Shown here one piece after another: positions 18,895 to 28,450 of a stretch of DNA of 64,000 bases. The notes under the pieces were generated by a model. That model was not told the DNA's origin and ran no database searches. It saw nothing but the letters and a program-made list of their open reading frames with translations. The stretch comes from Dehalococcoidia bacterium (GTDB lineage: Bacteria > Chloroflexota > Dehalococcoidia > Lucifugimonadales > UBA3495): the NCBI GenBank assembly GCA_965232835.1, contig OZ247426.1, positions 3,996,974 through 4,060,973 on the forward strand. Reading direction: 5' to 3'. The stretch's first letter is position 1, and each line of letters begins with the position of its first letter. Both the position numbers and the translations under genes were made by a program.

Positions 18895-19110
18895 GACCCA
18901 CGTCAGTCGCGATCACCCCCGCTACGGTGGTGCTGACCGCACTTGGCGCAACGGCAAAGCTGAGGGTGGAGGTGCGTGACCAGAACTCCACCGCAGTGAC
19001 TGGAGTCACCGTGACCTGGACGACCAGCGCAAATTCAGTGGCGAAGGTGGATGAGGCCGGTGTCGTAACGGCGGCGGGCAACGGGAAGGCGACAATCACG
19101 GCGTCGGCTG
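18895..19110 (+). pseudogene. orphan Big_2 (bacterial Ig-like group 2) domain fragment
   Basis: Plus-strand frame of ORF 18444..19283: SVAITPATVVLTALGATAKLRVEVRDQNSTAVTGVTVTWTTSANSVAKVDEAGVVTAAGNGKATITASAG. There is no start and no signal peptide, and it abuts the IS remnant. Confidence 0.5.
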
Positions 19111-19567
19111 GGCCGAAAGCGAGGAGAACAACTGCAATGCTACGACCGGGCAGGACGGCACCCACGATCCCGTCAAATGCCGGGGATTGGAAACCTTCGA
19201 TACTCTCTCCAGTCAAGCATTGGCGGAGAAAACTGCACCGAACGAACCTGTTTCATGGGACCGCGCGCCTTGAACAACACTGAATGCCATCAGGTGCCGA
19301 TCCTCCGGATCGACGACGAGTTTGAACATCATTGCTTGTCGGGGAGCAGATGCCAGGAAATCGTAGGGTACAGAGAATGCAGGAGAACCAGGGCAAGCGG
19401 TTCAGGTACCCCGAGAGAACCGCGTGCTGTGTCACATTACATCTGGGTATAAGGATACGAAGCTTGGGAGCAACCCTCTTTCATCCGCTCCGCATGGACT
19501 GGAACAGGGAGAAGTCCGAGCCTGCGCCTGAACCATAGGAGCTCAGTACAAACGACATCGCTCACCA

Positions 19568-19597
19568 ATGGCCCCGCTACTGCGGGGCCATTTTTGT
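19568..19597 (+). terminator. rho-independent terminator
   Basis: atggccccgc-tact-gcggggccat followed by TTTTTGTT. Confidence 0.6.
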
Positions 19598-19889
19598 TGT
19601 TACCACGTGTTTAGGACGGCAACTTGCAGCAACGGATCACCTCTCTCAACAGGGCTATCTGGCCCGGTGGTTGATACACATTTACCACTCCTGGAAACCC
19701 CGGAACAGTGAAATCGGAACAAATCATCTTATTCACATGCCGGTCTTCCACAATTCACATGCACGGCCACACTTGGGTGATGTCCATAAATTTTCCAAGT
19801 ATAGACCTACGAAAACAGGGTATGTCAGCATCTCTTAGCGGCGATTTCGGTACTTATCTATTTCTTTTCGCCCTCTGCAGAGGAAGAGC

Positions 19890-22800
19890 ATGATCCAAGT
19901 CCAGAAGGCACTATTCAATCCATTCAAAAGACCAACTCTGACACTGGCCATACTGGCGCTGGCCGCCCTGATCGCCCTGGTCTGGGCAACGGGCTCACTT
20001 GATCCCCGGCCGGCGTCCGCTGACGATGCAACCTATTACCTGGACTGCCCGACCACCGAGGTCCGGGAAGGGGAGAATGTGGACGTCTTCCTGGTACGGG
20101 TGACCAACCACAATCACACCACCAAATATTGGGCCAACTGGTACACCGACGCCGGCACGGCGGATGAGACAGACTACGTCAACCAGAGCACTGGCCAAGT
20201 CTGGACAACCGACGCCGAAGCGGCGGCCGACCGGGACAGGCACGTCTTCCGGACGAGGAACGACAACAAGTTGGAGGAGGACGAGACCTTTACCGCACGC
20301 TTCGGTCCTGACGATGACATCGTCGATTTGGACGACCCCGACTGGGACAACAAGTGCGAGATCACCATCCTCGACGACGACCCCAACATTAGGAAGGTCG
20401 AGGTGACCTCGGAACCCGCCAGGGAAAGCAACACCTACGGCGTCGGAGAGCTCATCGAGATCTCCGCAACCTTCAGCAACCGGGTGGAGGTGGCCGATGG
20501 CGGCAATCCCCGCCTTGGCCTGCGGGTTGGCGACGACTGGAGGCAGGCTGGGTACCTGCGAGGTTCGGGTAGCAGGGTCCTCGTATTCGGCTACACCGTT
20601 AAGGCGGACGACGAGGACACCGATGGCATCAGGATGGAAGGCGGCTACAAGGACAGCAACGGCAGCTGGCACAACTTCCCCGGGTACGAAGCCATCACGC
20701 ACCGGTATTCGGACAGGGTGGTCTACCGGGCCTACAAGGGTTTTGATGACGATGAGAACCACAAGGTGGACGGCAGTCTGCCGCCCGTCAGCACCAATGT
20801 CGAAATCACCTCCACCCCGGAGACCGGCGATACCTACCGCTTTGGCGAGGCCGTCGAGGTCTCTGTCACATTCAGCGTGCCCATGGACTTGGAAGGCAGC
20901 CGCTATATGAACCTGCGATCCGGACCCGCCGACGATACCGTCTGGAGGGCCGGGCATTACAGCAGGGGTTCCGGCACCAATACGCTGGTGTTTGCACACA
21001 ATGTCGTGGCACGCGACCTGGATCCCGATGGCATAACCACGGAGGGCACCTCGTTGGTTGACGGGCAACTCGGTGGTCTGGGAGGCGACGGGACCATAAC
21101 CATCGCTGGCACGGACACCGAGGTGTATCCGGAAATCGGCTGGCTAATCTCCCCACAGGAAAGCCACAAGCTCGACGGCCGGCCCTACCCCAAGGAGATG
21201 TCCATAACCTCCACGCCAATTTCCGAGCCCGACACCTACGGGCGGGACGAGATCATCGAGGTCAGCGTTGACTTCGGCCAGAGAGTCACCGCCGATGACC
21301 ACGACTATGTGCTTCTGGGTCTCGACACAGACCTCACACAGAAGCTGGCGGAATACGCTTCGGGCAACGGCACCAATGTCCTGGTATTCCGGTACTCCGT
21401 CGATGAGCGCGACCGCGACGACGATGGCATCAGCGTTGAACTGCCGGATAGCCTGGAAATCACGGCCACCGACAAGGAGGATGTTCCCTTCGACCACAAC
21501 CCCCCTGGCGCAATCAATTCCCTGGATGAGGACCCCAATCACAAGATTTTTGGCTTCCTGACAAGTGGAGACCAGACTCCTCCGACGGTCCGGGCAGTCA
21601 CCATTTCCGGCGGACCGGCCTCCATCAACGACACATACGAGCTCGGCGAACAGATCGTCGTCCAGGTGATCTTCGACGAGACTGTCAGGGTACAGGGCCA
21701 AGTGCAAATTGATCTGGACATCGGCGGTAAGGTCCGGGCGGCCGTACACCCGCATCCGTTTCTTCCTGCCGATCCCGGGCTCTCCATAGGTCAAAGGATC
21801 AGGTTCTACTACGAGGTGCGGGAGGGAGACGAAGACGACGATGGTGTGTCTATCGTCGCAAGCAGCCTAATGCTTGGAGAAGCCACCATTGAGGATGGAG
21901 TCACCATTGAGGATGGAGGCAGCAATGAGGACGAGGCGGGCAACCCCGCCCTCCTGGCCCACCACGGGGTCCCGGACAATCCGGAGTACCTGGTAAGCGC
22001 CCCGGACGACACTGCGCCGACCATTTCGTCCGTGCGCATTGTCGGCGACCCGGGCGACGACGACACCTATGGAGAGGGAGACGTTGTCCTGATGGTTGCT
22101 TTCTTCAGCGAGGACGTCATCGTCACCGGAACGCCGCAACTGGAACTGGACTTCGACGGCACTGCCAAGACGGCAGACTACGTCAGCACATTTGGATCAG
22201 AGGCAGCGGATCCATCAGAGGTTAAGTTCACCTACACCGTGGCCCTGAACGACAGCGACGCCAACGGCATCGCCATCGGCAACAACGCGCTGACCCTCAA
22301 CGGCGGCACCATCCAGGACGAGTCGGAAAACGACGCCGACCTGACATTTAAGGCCATCCCATCCCAGTCCGGACACATGGTGGACGGCTCGGACACCACG
22401 CCGCCCACGGTCTCGTCGCTGGTGATCACCAGTGACCCCGGCGACGATGACACCTACGGCCTCGGCGACGCCATCGAGGTGACCGTTACCTTCAGCGAGG
22501 ACGTGGCAGTCACCGGAACGCCCCAACTGGAGCTGGACTTCGATGGCACGGCCAAGAGCGCTGACTACAGCATCACCGGTGGCTCGGCGGGGGTCTTCGG
22601 CACAAATACAACGACCCTGGCAACTACCTCCAGCTATGGCCCTACGGCGGTCTTCACTTACACCGTGGCCCTTGACGAGAGCGACACCGACGGCATCGCC
22701 ATCGGGGCCGACAAGCTGAGCCTGAACGGCGGCGCGATCAGGGACGAGGCCGGCAACGACGCGACCCTGACTCACGACGCCCTGGCCGCCGATTCCGGGC

Positions 22801-23213
22801 ACAAGGTGGACGGTGCGGACACTGTTGCCCCGACCATCTCGTCCATCGCCATCACCAGTTTCCCCGGCGATGGCAACACCTACGGCACCGGCGACACCAT
22901 CCGCATCGCAGTGACCTTCAGCGAGGATGTCACCGTATCCGGCACTCCGCAGCTGGAGCTGGAATTCTACGGCGAGGGCAGTGCCAACAAGCTGGCTGAC
23001 TACAGCAGCAGCAATAGCAGCGGGGCCAACGTGGTGTTCGAGTACACCGTGGCAGTGGGTGACTCGGCCAGCGACGGCCTGGCAATCGAGGCCGACAAGC
23101 TGACACTCAACGACGGCACCATCCAGGACCCCTCCGGCAATGACGCCGAACTGACCCACTCGGGCTACGGCCCCGACGCGGACCACATCGTGTTCGGTGG
23201 AGGCGGCGTGTAG
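19890..23213 (+). CDS. secreted/surface repeat protein: signal anchor, Calx-beta-like domain, seven ~130-140-aa Ig-like repeats
   Basis: 1107 aa. The N-terminal hydrophobic segment is LTLAILALAALIALVWA. A Calx-beta-like module ends in ...CEITILDDD. The repeat consensus is xPTISSxxITSxPGDDDTYGxGDxIEVTVTFSEDVxVTGTPQLELDFDGTAKxADY...FTYTVAxxDSDxDGIAIGAxxLxLNGGTIxDExGNDAxLTH...SGHxVDG. Confidence 0.8.
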   Translation: MIQVQKALFNPFKRPTLTLAILALAALIALVWATGSLDPRPASADDATYYLDCPTTEVREGENVDVFLVRVTNHNHTTKYWANWYTDAGTADETDYVNQSTGQVWTTDAEAAADRDRHVFRTRNDNKLEEDETFTARFGPDDDIVDLDDPDWDNKCEITILDDDPNIRKVEVTSEPARESNTYGVGELIEISATFSNRVEVADGGNPRLGLRVGDDWRQAGYLRGSGSRVLVFGYTVKADDEDTDGIRMEGGYKDSNGSWHNFPGYEAITHRYSDRVVYRAYKGFDDDENHKVDGSLPPVSTNVEITSTPETGDTYRFGEAVEVSVTFSVPMDLEGSRYMNLRSGPADDTVWRAGHYSRGSGTNTLVFAHNVVARDLDPDGITTEGTSLVDGQLGGLGGDGTITIAGTDTEVYPEIGWLISPQESHKLDGRPYPKEMSITSTPISEPDTYGRDEIIEVSVDFGQRVTADDHDYVLLGLDTDLTQKLAEYASGNGTNVLVFRYSVDERDRDDDGISVELPDSLEITATDKEDVPFDHNPPGAINSLDEDPNHKIFGFLTSGDQTPPTVRAVTISGGPASINDTYELGEQIVVQVIFDETVRVQGQVQIDLDIGGKVRAAVHPHPFLPADPGLSIGQRIRFYYEVREGDEDDDGVSIVASSLMLGEATIEDGVTIEDGGSNEDEAGNPALLAHHGVPDNPEYLVSAPDDTAPTISSVRIVGDPGDDDTYGEGDVVLMVAFFSEDVIVTGTPQLELDFDGTAKTADYVSTFGSEAADPSEVKFTYTVALNDSDANGIAIGNNALTLNGGTIQDESENDADLTFKAIPSQSGHMVDGSDTTPPTVSSLVITSDPGDDDTYGLGDAIEVTVTFSEDVAVTGTPQLELDFDGTAKSADYSITGGSAGVFGTNTTTLATTSSYGPTAVFTYTVALDESDTDGIAIGADKLSLNGGAIRDEAGNDATLTHDALAADSGHKVDGADTVAPTISSIAITSFPGDGNTYGTGDTIRIAVTFSEDVTVSGTPQLELEFYGEGSANKLADYSSSNSSGANVVFEYTVAVGDSASDGLAIEADKLTLNDGTIQDPSGNDAELTHSGYGPDADHIVFGGGGV
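22015..23213 (+). repeat. three tandem ~400-bp nucleotide repeats (last three protein repeats)
   Basis: The units start near 22015, 22395 and 22815. They share long near-identical stretches, e.g. ttcagcgaggacgt...accggaacgcc.caactgga.ctggacttcga.ggcac.gccaaga. Confidence 0.7.
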
Positions 23214-23359
23214 GACCGGAGGCCACATCAAGCAAGTCTGACTGACAACTCCGCGAGGTCGCGTTCCGGTCTGAACAGACCGCCGGAATGCGGCCTCGCG
23301 GCGGGTTCTGGCGAAAATTCCTCGGACAGACATTCGACGAACGGATGAGATGACGCTCA

Positions 23360-24673
23360 ATGTTTAACCTGAAATTACCAACGATGATGGCGCTGGCGGC
23401 ACTGCTCTTATTCGCAGCTACCGTGTTGACCGCCTGCGGCGACGACGACGCGGACGTGCAGCCCGGACTGACCAACGAACAGGTCAGGGAAATAGTTCGC
23501 GACGAGATTTCCACCTCCGCTACGGCTCAGGGAGGCCTGGCCCGCGCGGAGGTCGAGGAGGCGATCCAGGCCGCGCTGTCCGGTCTGCCTCAACCGGAAA
23601 CCGGCATCTCACAGGCTGACCTGGATGCTGCCATCCGGGCGGCCATTGTCGAAATGCCTGAACCCGCTTCTGGGATTACCGCCGCGGATGTTGAGGCGGC
23701 GGTGCGTGCCGCGCTGGCCGCCGTTCCGGAAACCGGAGTCAGCAGGAGCGAGGTGGAAGAGCTTATACGGACTGCCATGGAGGGCCTGCCTGCGTCCGAG
23801 ACGGAGCTCTCCCCCGATGAGGTCCGGCGAATTGCCGAGCATACGGTGGCGACGGTGCCAGCCAAGACCTCGCCCGCTGATTACACCAAGTTCTTCGTGA
23901 ACAGCGCCATCAGCAGGTATGAGGAGGAGGGCCTGGATGCCACTGTGGCCCATTACAACCGCCTCGAGAGCATCGACGAGCAGTGGTACGTGTTCATCGC
24001 GGGCGAAACCGGGGAGATCATCAGTCACTTCGACACCAACGTCTTGGGGCAGAATCTCAACGGTCCGCTGGGGACGGACGCCAGGGGTTACAATTTCGGC
24101 CCCCAAATGCTGGCCGCCACCGAGGAAGGGACCTGGGTTTCCTACGAGTACAAGAATCCGGACACCGATCGCCTGACCGACAGCGACCGCCACCTCGGGG
24201 CCGTGGAGCTCAAGCACGCCTGGGTGGTCAGGCACGACGATCTGTTGTTCGGCTCCGGCTGGTATGTCAACGCCAACGACTTCACCGTCCAGTTAGTGGC
24301 AGCGGCGGTGGATGCCTATCGTCAGGTGGGCCTGGAAGGCACCATGGCTCGCTTTGCGGGCCCGGACAGTGCCACGGCAGGCCTTTCCGACACCGTCGCC
24401 TACTACAACGCCTCGGAAGACATCGAGGGCGTGTGGTTTGCCGTAATCGCGGACAAGGGCGGCACCATCGTTGCCAGCTTTGATACTTCCCTGATCGGCC
24501 GCAACATCGCGGCAGTATACGGCGAGGAAATACTGGATGCCTCGGCAGAGGGTAACTGGGTTTCCTCGGAGGCCACGGATTCGCTGGACGCGACACCGTC
24601 CCTCCGGGCATGGGTGATGGAATACGACGGGTTTGTTTTCGGCTCCGGCTGGCATTCAGACGAGCAGGAATAG
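23360..24673 (+). CDS. lipoprotein with five ~21-aa tandem helical repeats and two sCache_2-like domains, no output domain
   Basis: 437 aa. Lipobox LTAC|G. The repeats follow G[ILV][ST]xA[DE][LV][ED][AE]A[IV][RQ]AA[LI]..[LMV]P[EQ]P. There are two modules of the form Y[VF][FA][IV]....G.I..(H/S)FD....G.N... ending in FGSGW[YH]. Confidence 0.75.
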   Translation: MFNLKLPTMMALAALLLFAATVLTACGDDDADVQPGLTNEQVREIVRDEISTSATAQGGLARAEVEEAIQAALSGLPQPETGISQADLDAAIRAAIVEMPEPASGITAADVEAAVRAALAAVPETGVSRSEVEELIRTAMEGLPASETELSPDEVRRIAEHTVATVPAKTSPADYTKFFVNSAISRYEEEGLDATVAHYNRLESIDEQWYVFIAGETGEIISHFDTNVLGQNLNGPLGTDARGYNFGPQMLAATEEGTWVSYEYKNPDTDRLTDSDRHLGAVELKHAWVVRHDDLLFGSGWYVNANDFTVQLVAAAVDAYRQVGLEGTMARFAGPDSATAGLSDTVAYYNASEDIEGVWFAVIADKGGTIVASFDTSLIGRNIAAVYGEEILDASAEGNWVSSEATDSLDATPSLRAWVMEYDGFVFGSGWHSDEQE

Positions 24674-24684
24674 CCCCTTTCTTG

Positions 24685-24724
24685 CTACAACGCCGGCACC
24701 CCGCACGGGGTGCCGGCGTTGTAG
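24685..24724 (+). terminator. strong 18-bp stem hairpin after the Cache lipoprotein gene
   Basis: ctacaacgccggcacccc-gcac-ggggtgccggcgttgtag, 12 nt after the stop. There is no T-tract, so it may serve as a stabiliser or a rho-dependent pause instead. Confidence 0.55.
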
Positions 24725-25672
24725 CGCAACTTCATCCGAAAATTATTCTCCGCCCAGCTGTCCGACTCAAGGCACAACCGGTGGAGTTAAGCCTCCCGGC
24801 ATTCGAGGTTCCAGTGCCGGAGTCACTACCTCGCAGAGGTCGCGAATGCCAACGCCAAAACAACGCCCGTATCGGGGTCAACACTCCGGCGGAGGTCCAA
24901 GACCACGCCGACACCGGGTACTCAGACCGTCAACAGCTGGGCATGCAATTTTCAGGCCTCTGATCGTCATTTCTTTTATTTTCTCAACTGTCTTCACTCG
25001 CTGGCCGGATGAAGGGGATCACCACACCGGCACGCGACCGGAAACTAACGGGGGGGGGCGGGCCATTTTAGGTGAATCCAACGAACAGGACCATGTGCGG
25101 AGAAACGCAATTGAGCGGAAAAACGCTGTCTTCGCACTCCGGGTCCTCGTCGCCCTCGCTGTCGCATTCGTCCTGATGGCCACAGCACTGGTGGTGAGCC
25201 TGCTGTTGGCCTGGCCTCCGGGGTAGTGACCCGGAATCGGCGTCGCCGCAGGAAACACCAGGAACCCACAAGCGAGGTATGTAGAACCCACCCACTGGGG
25301 AGTTCCCTGAATGATTCGGCTCTTCCTGGGAACGGCGAATTGAATGCTCAAGCCGAAGGAAAGGCGAACTGGCGTCGACGGTGCCGGTGACGGGAGTTGC
25401 CGCGGGACTCGGTTACAGAGCGGGATCGCTCGAAGTCCCATGGGTGCCCACCCGCCGGGAACAATCGGCCACGACTTAGCTTGGACCCGTGACTGAGAGT
25501 AATTCAAAACAGAGGAAACCCGGATTGGTACGCCTCTTGGTCACTAGGGAGCGTCGTCAAATTAAGACGCCATACCTGCAACAGTTGCTGTTCCGCCATT
25601 CCGGTTTTCGCCGAAATGACTGGGAGGGTACACATAACCCCTGGAGCTAGCCAGGCTTGAACCGAAGAGGCG

Positions 25673-25963
25673 ATGATGCGTAAGCTCAAGGAATTTGGCG
25701 CTCCCCTAATTCTCGGAGGATTGACAGTGGCCGCAGCAGGGGCCTCGACGATAGCCACGTACGTAGTCGACAAGTATACCTTGGGACTCCCATTGACCAT
25801 TTTGTTCCAAGTTGCTTACATCGCTGCCATTGCCGGAGCAATTGCGTTGATCAGGATGAGATCTGGCGGACTTGAAGGGAACCGTTATGGCAAAGGGTTG
25901 GGGAGGCCCGATGGAAAATCCGCTCTCGAACCGGCGGTCAAATTGCCGGAATCGGACGGTTGA
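25673..25963 (+). CDS. possible small two-TM membrane protein
   Basis: 96 aa with two hydrophobic helices (PLILGGLTVAAAGASTIATYV and ILFQVAYIAAIAGAIALI). It sits in lower-GC DNA and has no recognisable family. Confidence 0.3.
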   Translation: MMRKLKEFGAPLILGGLTVAAAGASTIATYVVDKYTLGLPLTILFQVAYIAAIAGAIALIRMRSGGLEGNRYGKGLGRPDGKSALEPAVKLPESDG

Positions 25964-26319
25964 GTAATTGCGCTGTTGGTATCAACTGATCAATTCTCCT
26001 ACCGTAGCTGTCCTTGGTGTTGGGATACGCAGTTAGCGAAAAGGGGTCGTAAACATTCCCTGACTTGGTCCGCAATATCGCTGGGCCGCTGTACATGTAC
26101 CACATCTGCATCTCGCACACTCAGGCCCCACCTGCCTATCACCACCAAATTATCATTTTGACGACACCCTGTAGCAAGGCTTACGCCTTCACCGGGCTAG
26201 ACATAGACGCGGCCTACACGGTCGGGGTCAAGTCTAGGTTCCAGGACGATGTGGAGTCGGAGTGCAGCGAGGCCGCAACAAGCCAAAGCGCCCAAGAACG
26301 AGCGGACGCGGTATTGCTG

Positions 26320-26510
26320 GGCCTGACGGCAAGGAATACCAGGAGTCACATAACTGTCATGCGGTGGTCGACAGCGCTCAGCAGGTAATTGCGGGGGGAC
26401 AGGGCCACCAACCAGTCATCAGACAAGCAGCAGCCGATGGCCATGGCGTGGGACGCCGTCGGCAGTCTGAGCGCACCCCCGAGGAGGTATCTGACGGCTC
26501 CAAAAGCGGC
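26320..26510 (+). pseudogene. second IS1182-family transposase fragment (frameshifted middle portion)
   Basis: Frame 1 reads PDGKEYQESHNCHAVVDSAQQVIAGG. Compare FQQSYNCQAVVDHEHQVIVAA in the 18-kb remnant. A shifted frame continues ATNQSSDKQQPMAMAWDAV...APPRRYL. Confidence 0.5.
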
Positions 26511-26687
26511 CCCGGAGCCCAGTGTCCTATCGGACACGCCAGTCCTGCGTTCGCTGACGGCGCCCAGGTTCCCAACGGCGACGGAGCACTCGCCTTCGTC
26601 GCGCTCATCATCGGCATCGTTGGCGTGGTCGCCGCTGGCGGCGTGTTCATTACCGGTCACCAGGGGAGCTGATCGCCAGCCATGATG

Positions 26688-26940
26688 AGCCCTCTCCCAG
26701 ATGGAGAGGGTGAGGGCCAACCCCACCCACACGTACCCGTCAGGGGGCGCCACCACAGCGCCCCTCTCTCTTTTCCCGCCATCCCCTTTCCCAAGACGAT
26801 TGCAAGGTCAATCTCAATCCACTCATGGTAAGTCTGTCGAACCACGAGCGCGGCAGTCTGTCCTTCCGAGCGCAGCAAAGAATCTCCATTTCCGCGGTGA
26901 GACCCTTCGCTGCGCTCAGGATGACATATATCAGGATTTT
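26688..26940. repeat. composite of dispersed repeat families B, C and an RCAQDD-type unit
   Basis: Family B hairpin: ccctctcc-cagat-ggagaggg (26690-26710). Family C unit: ccactcatggtaagtctgtcgaaccacgagcg (26819-26850), compare 29142-29172. Also gagacccttcgctgcgctcaggatgac (26899-26925), then atcaggatttt (family A-like). Confidence 0.55.
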
Positions 26941-27115
26941 GCCATCGTCCAGAAGATGCAACCCTTTGCCGGTGGGCTACTGGTAGCGATGCACCAGTTT
27001 GCTTCCGTACTTTTCTGTTTACGGGAATTTCAATATGCCCAGTCCCGGTTGGTATATTTCGCCCTCGCATCCGTGGAGCGGATGAAGTAAGTTGTGGGTG
27101 GCGAACATGGCTTAA

Positions 27116-28450
27116 TTGCACGTGTGCGCGGGGAGTCGCGCCATCGCCTGTCGCGAGGCCCGGTCGGCCCCGCGAATTCGGAACGGGGACCGGGACTTGT
27201 TGAAAACCGGCATTACGACGGTGCAAAAATGGGTGATTTCAGGCACGGTGTCCGAGCCGGATGTTGTGCTGCACGCAACCTGGATTTCCGTGTGGGGCCG
27301 CTGGTTCGTCTGGGCGGTGGGGATCTTCCTGCTGGCCTACCGCCCGAGCTTCTGGTACCCGGAGGGCACGGAATACCTGGCCATCCCCGTCACATTGCTG
27401 ATAGCCAATGGTCTCGTCCACTTCCGCCTCCTTACCAACAGGCCGGTGACCTGGCGATGGCTGCTGTTTCTGGGCACCGTGGACGTTGCCCTGACGACGT
27501 ACGGCGTCTTCATAGCTGGAGGATTCAATAGTTTCATCTTCCTGTCCTACTACCCTGCCCTGGCCGTTTTCGCTGTTGTCTTCTCCTCCCGCTGGGTCAG
27601 CATCGCCTCGACAACCATAGCCGCCGTGGCCTACACCGTCGTGTGCCTGGTGGTGGGTCCCGGCCTCGACCTCGAGGCGGGCCAGGAGAAGGTGCTGGTG
27701 GCGAGGCTGGCTGTGCTTTATCTCATCGTCCTCGGCGTAAACCTCATAACCCGGTTCGAGCGCAACAGGTGGCAAACGGCAGTGGCTAGGGAGCGCCACC
27801 TGCGGCAGGAACGGATCGAGGTCTCGCAGACGATCCATGACACGACCGCCCAGACCGCCTATATGATCGGCCTGGGGATTCACCGGGCCAGGGAGCTGGC
27901 AGACCAATCCAACCAGGAACTGATGGCGGCCCTGGACGCAACCCGGGAGCTGTCGATGTCGGCCATGTGGGAGATGAGGGGCCCCATCGACTCGGGCCAC
28001 CTTCTGGAAGGCAGGGGACTTGGACGGGTCCTCTGGTCCCACTGCTCCACCTTCGAGCGGATAACCGCCATCCCCACGGAGATGGCGGAGTCGGGCACCG
28101 AGCCTCCGCTTCCTACGGAAACGCGGGCCCGGCTCTTTTCCGTCGCTCACAACGCCCTCACCAACGCTTTTCTACACTCCCGGGCCAGCAGGGTCCAGGT
28201 GCGGTTGAGCTTTGATTTGGACCTGATCCGGTTATCCGTCTCGGACGATGGAGTGGGCCTTCCCACCGGATATGACGAACGGGGAAGGGGTTTCAACGGA
28301 ATGACGGCGGATGCCGAGCAGATGGGCGGCAGGCTCATCGTCGAGAGTGCCGGGGGAGGCACCACCATTACCTGCGAGGTTCCACGGGACACCGATAAGG
28401 GAGGAAGATCTTATGCCGTCGACGCAACGATTAAGGGTAATGGTGGTTGA
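27116..28450 (+). CDS. sensor histidine kinase (HisKA_3/NarL-partner type), multi-TM N-terminus
   Basis: 444-aa ORF. The true start is uncertain, with candidate TTG/GTG starts at about 27197-27220. It has about 5-6 hydrophobic helices, the H-box EVSQTIHDTTAQTAYMI, and HATPase_c motifs DDGVGLP and GGRLIVES. Confidence 0.8.
   Translation: MHVCAGSRAIACREARSAPRIRNGDRDLLKTGITTVQKWVISGTVSEPDVVLHATWISVWGRWFVWAVGIFLLAYRPSFWYPEGTEYLAIPVTLLIANGLVHFRLLTNRPVTWRWLLFLGTVDVALTTYGVFIAGGFNSFIFLSYYPALAVFAVVFSSRWVSIASTTIAAVAYTVVCLVVGPGLDLEAGQEKVLVARLAVLYLIVLGVNLITRFERNRWQTAVARERHLRQERIEVSQTIHDTTAQTAYMIGLGIHRARELADQSNQELMAALDATRELSMSAMWEMRGPIDSGHLLEGRGLGRVLWSHCSTFERITAIPTEMAESGTEPPLPTETRARLFSVAHNALTNAFLHSRASRVQVRLSFDLDLIRLSVSDDGVGLPTGYDERGRGFNGMTADAEQMGGRLIVESAGGGTTITCEVPRDTDKGGRSYAVDATIKGNGG

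Noticed and set aside
18080-19216. Single 378-aa ORF offered by the track.
   Set aside because: It is chimeric. Only its C-terminal ~230 aa are transposase-like, and those carry deletions. The N-terminal part is the antisense reading of a plus-strand Big_2 fragment. It is annotated instead as two remnants.
22215-23360. 381-aa minus-strand ORF, and also 19995..21068 and 21144..21794.
   Set aside because: They are antisense to the repeat-protein gene. They lack a signal or motifs, and the open frames follow from repeat periodicity and high GC.
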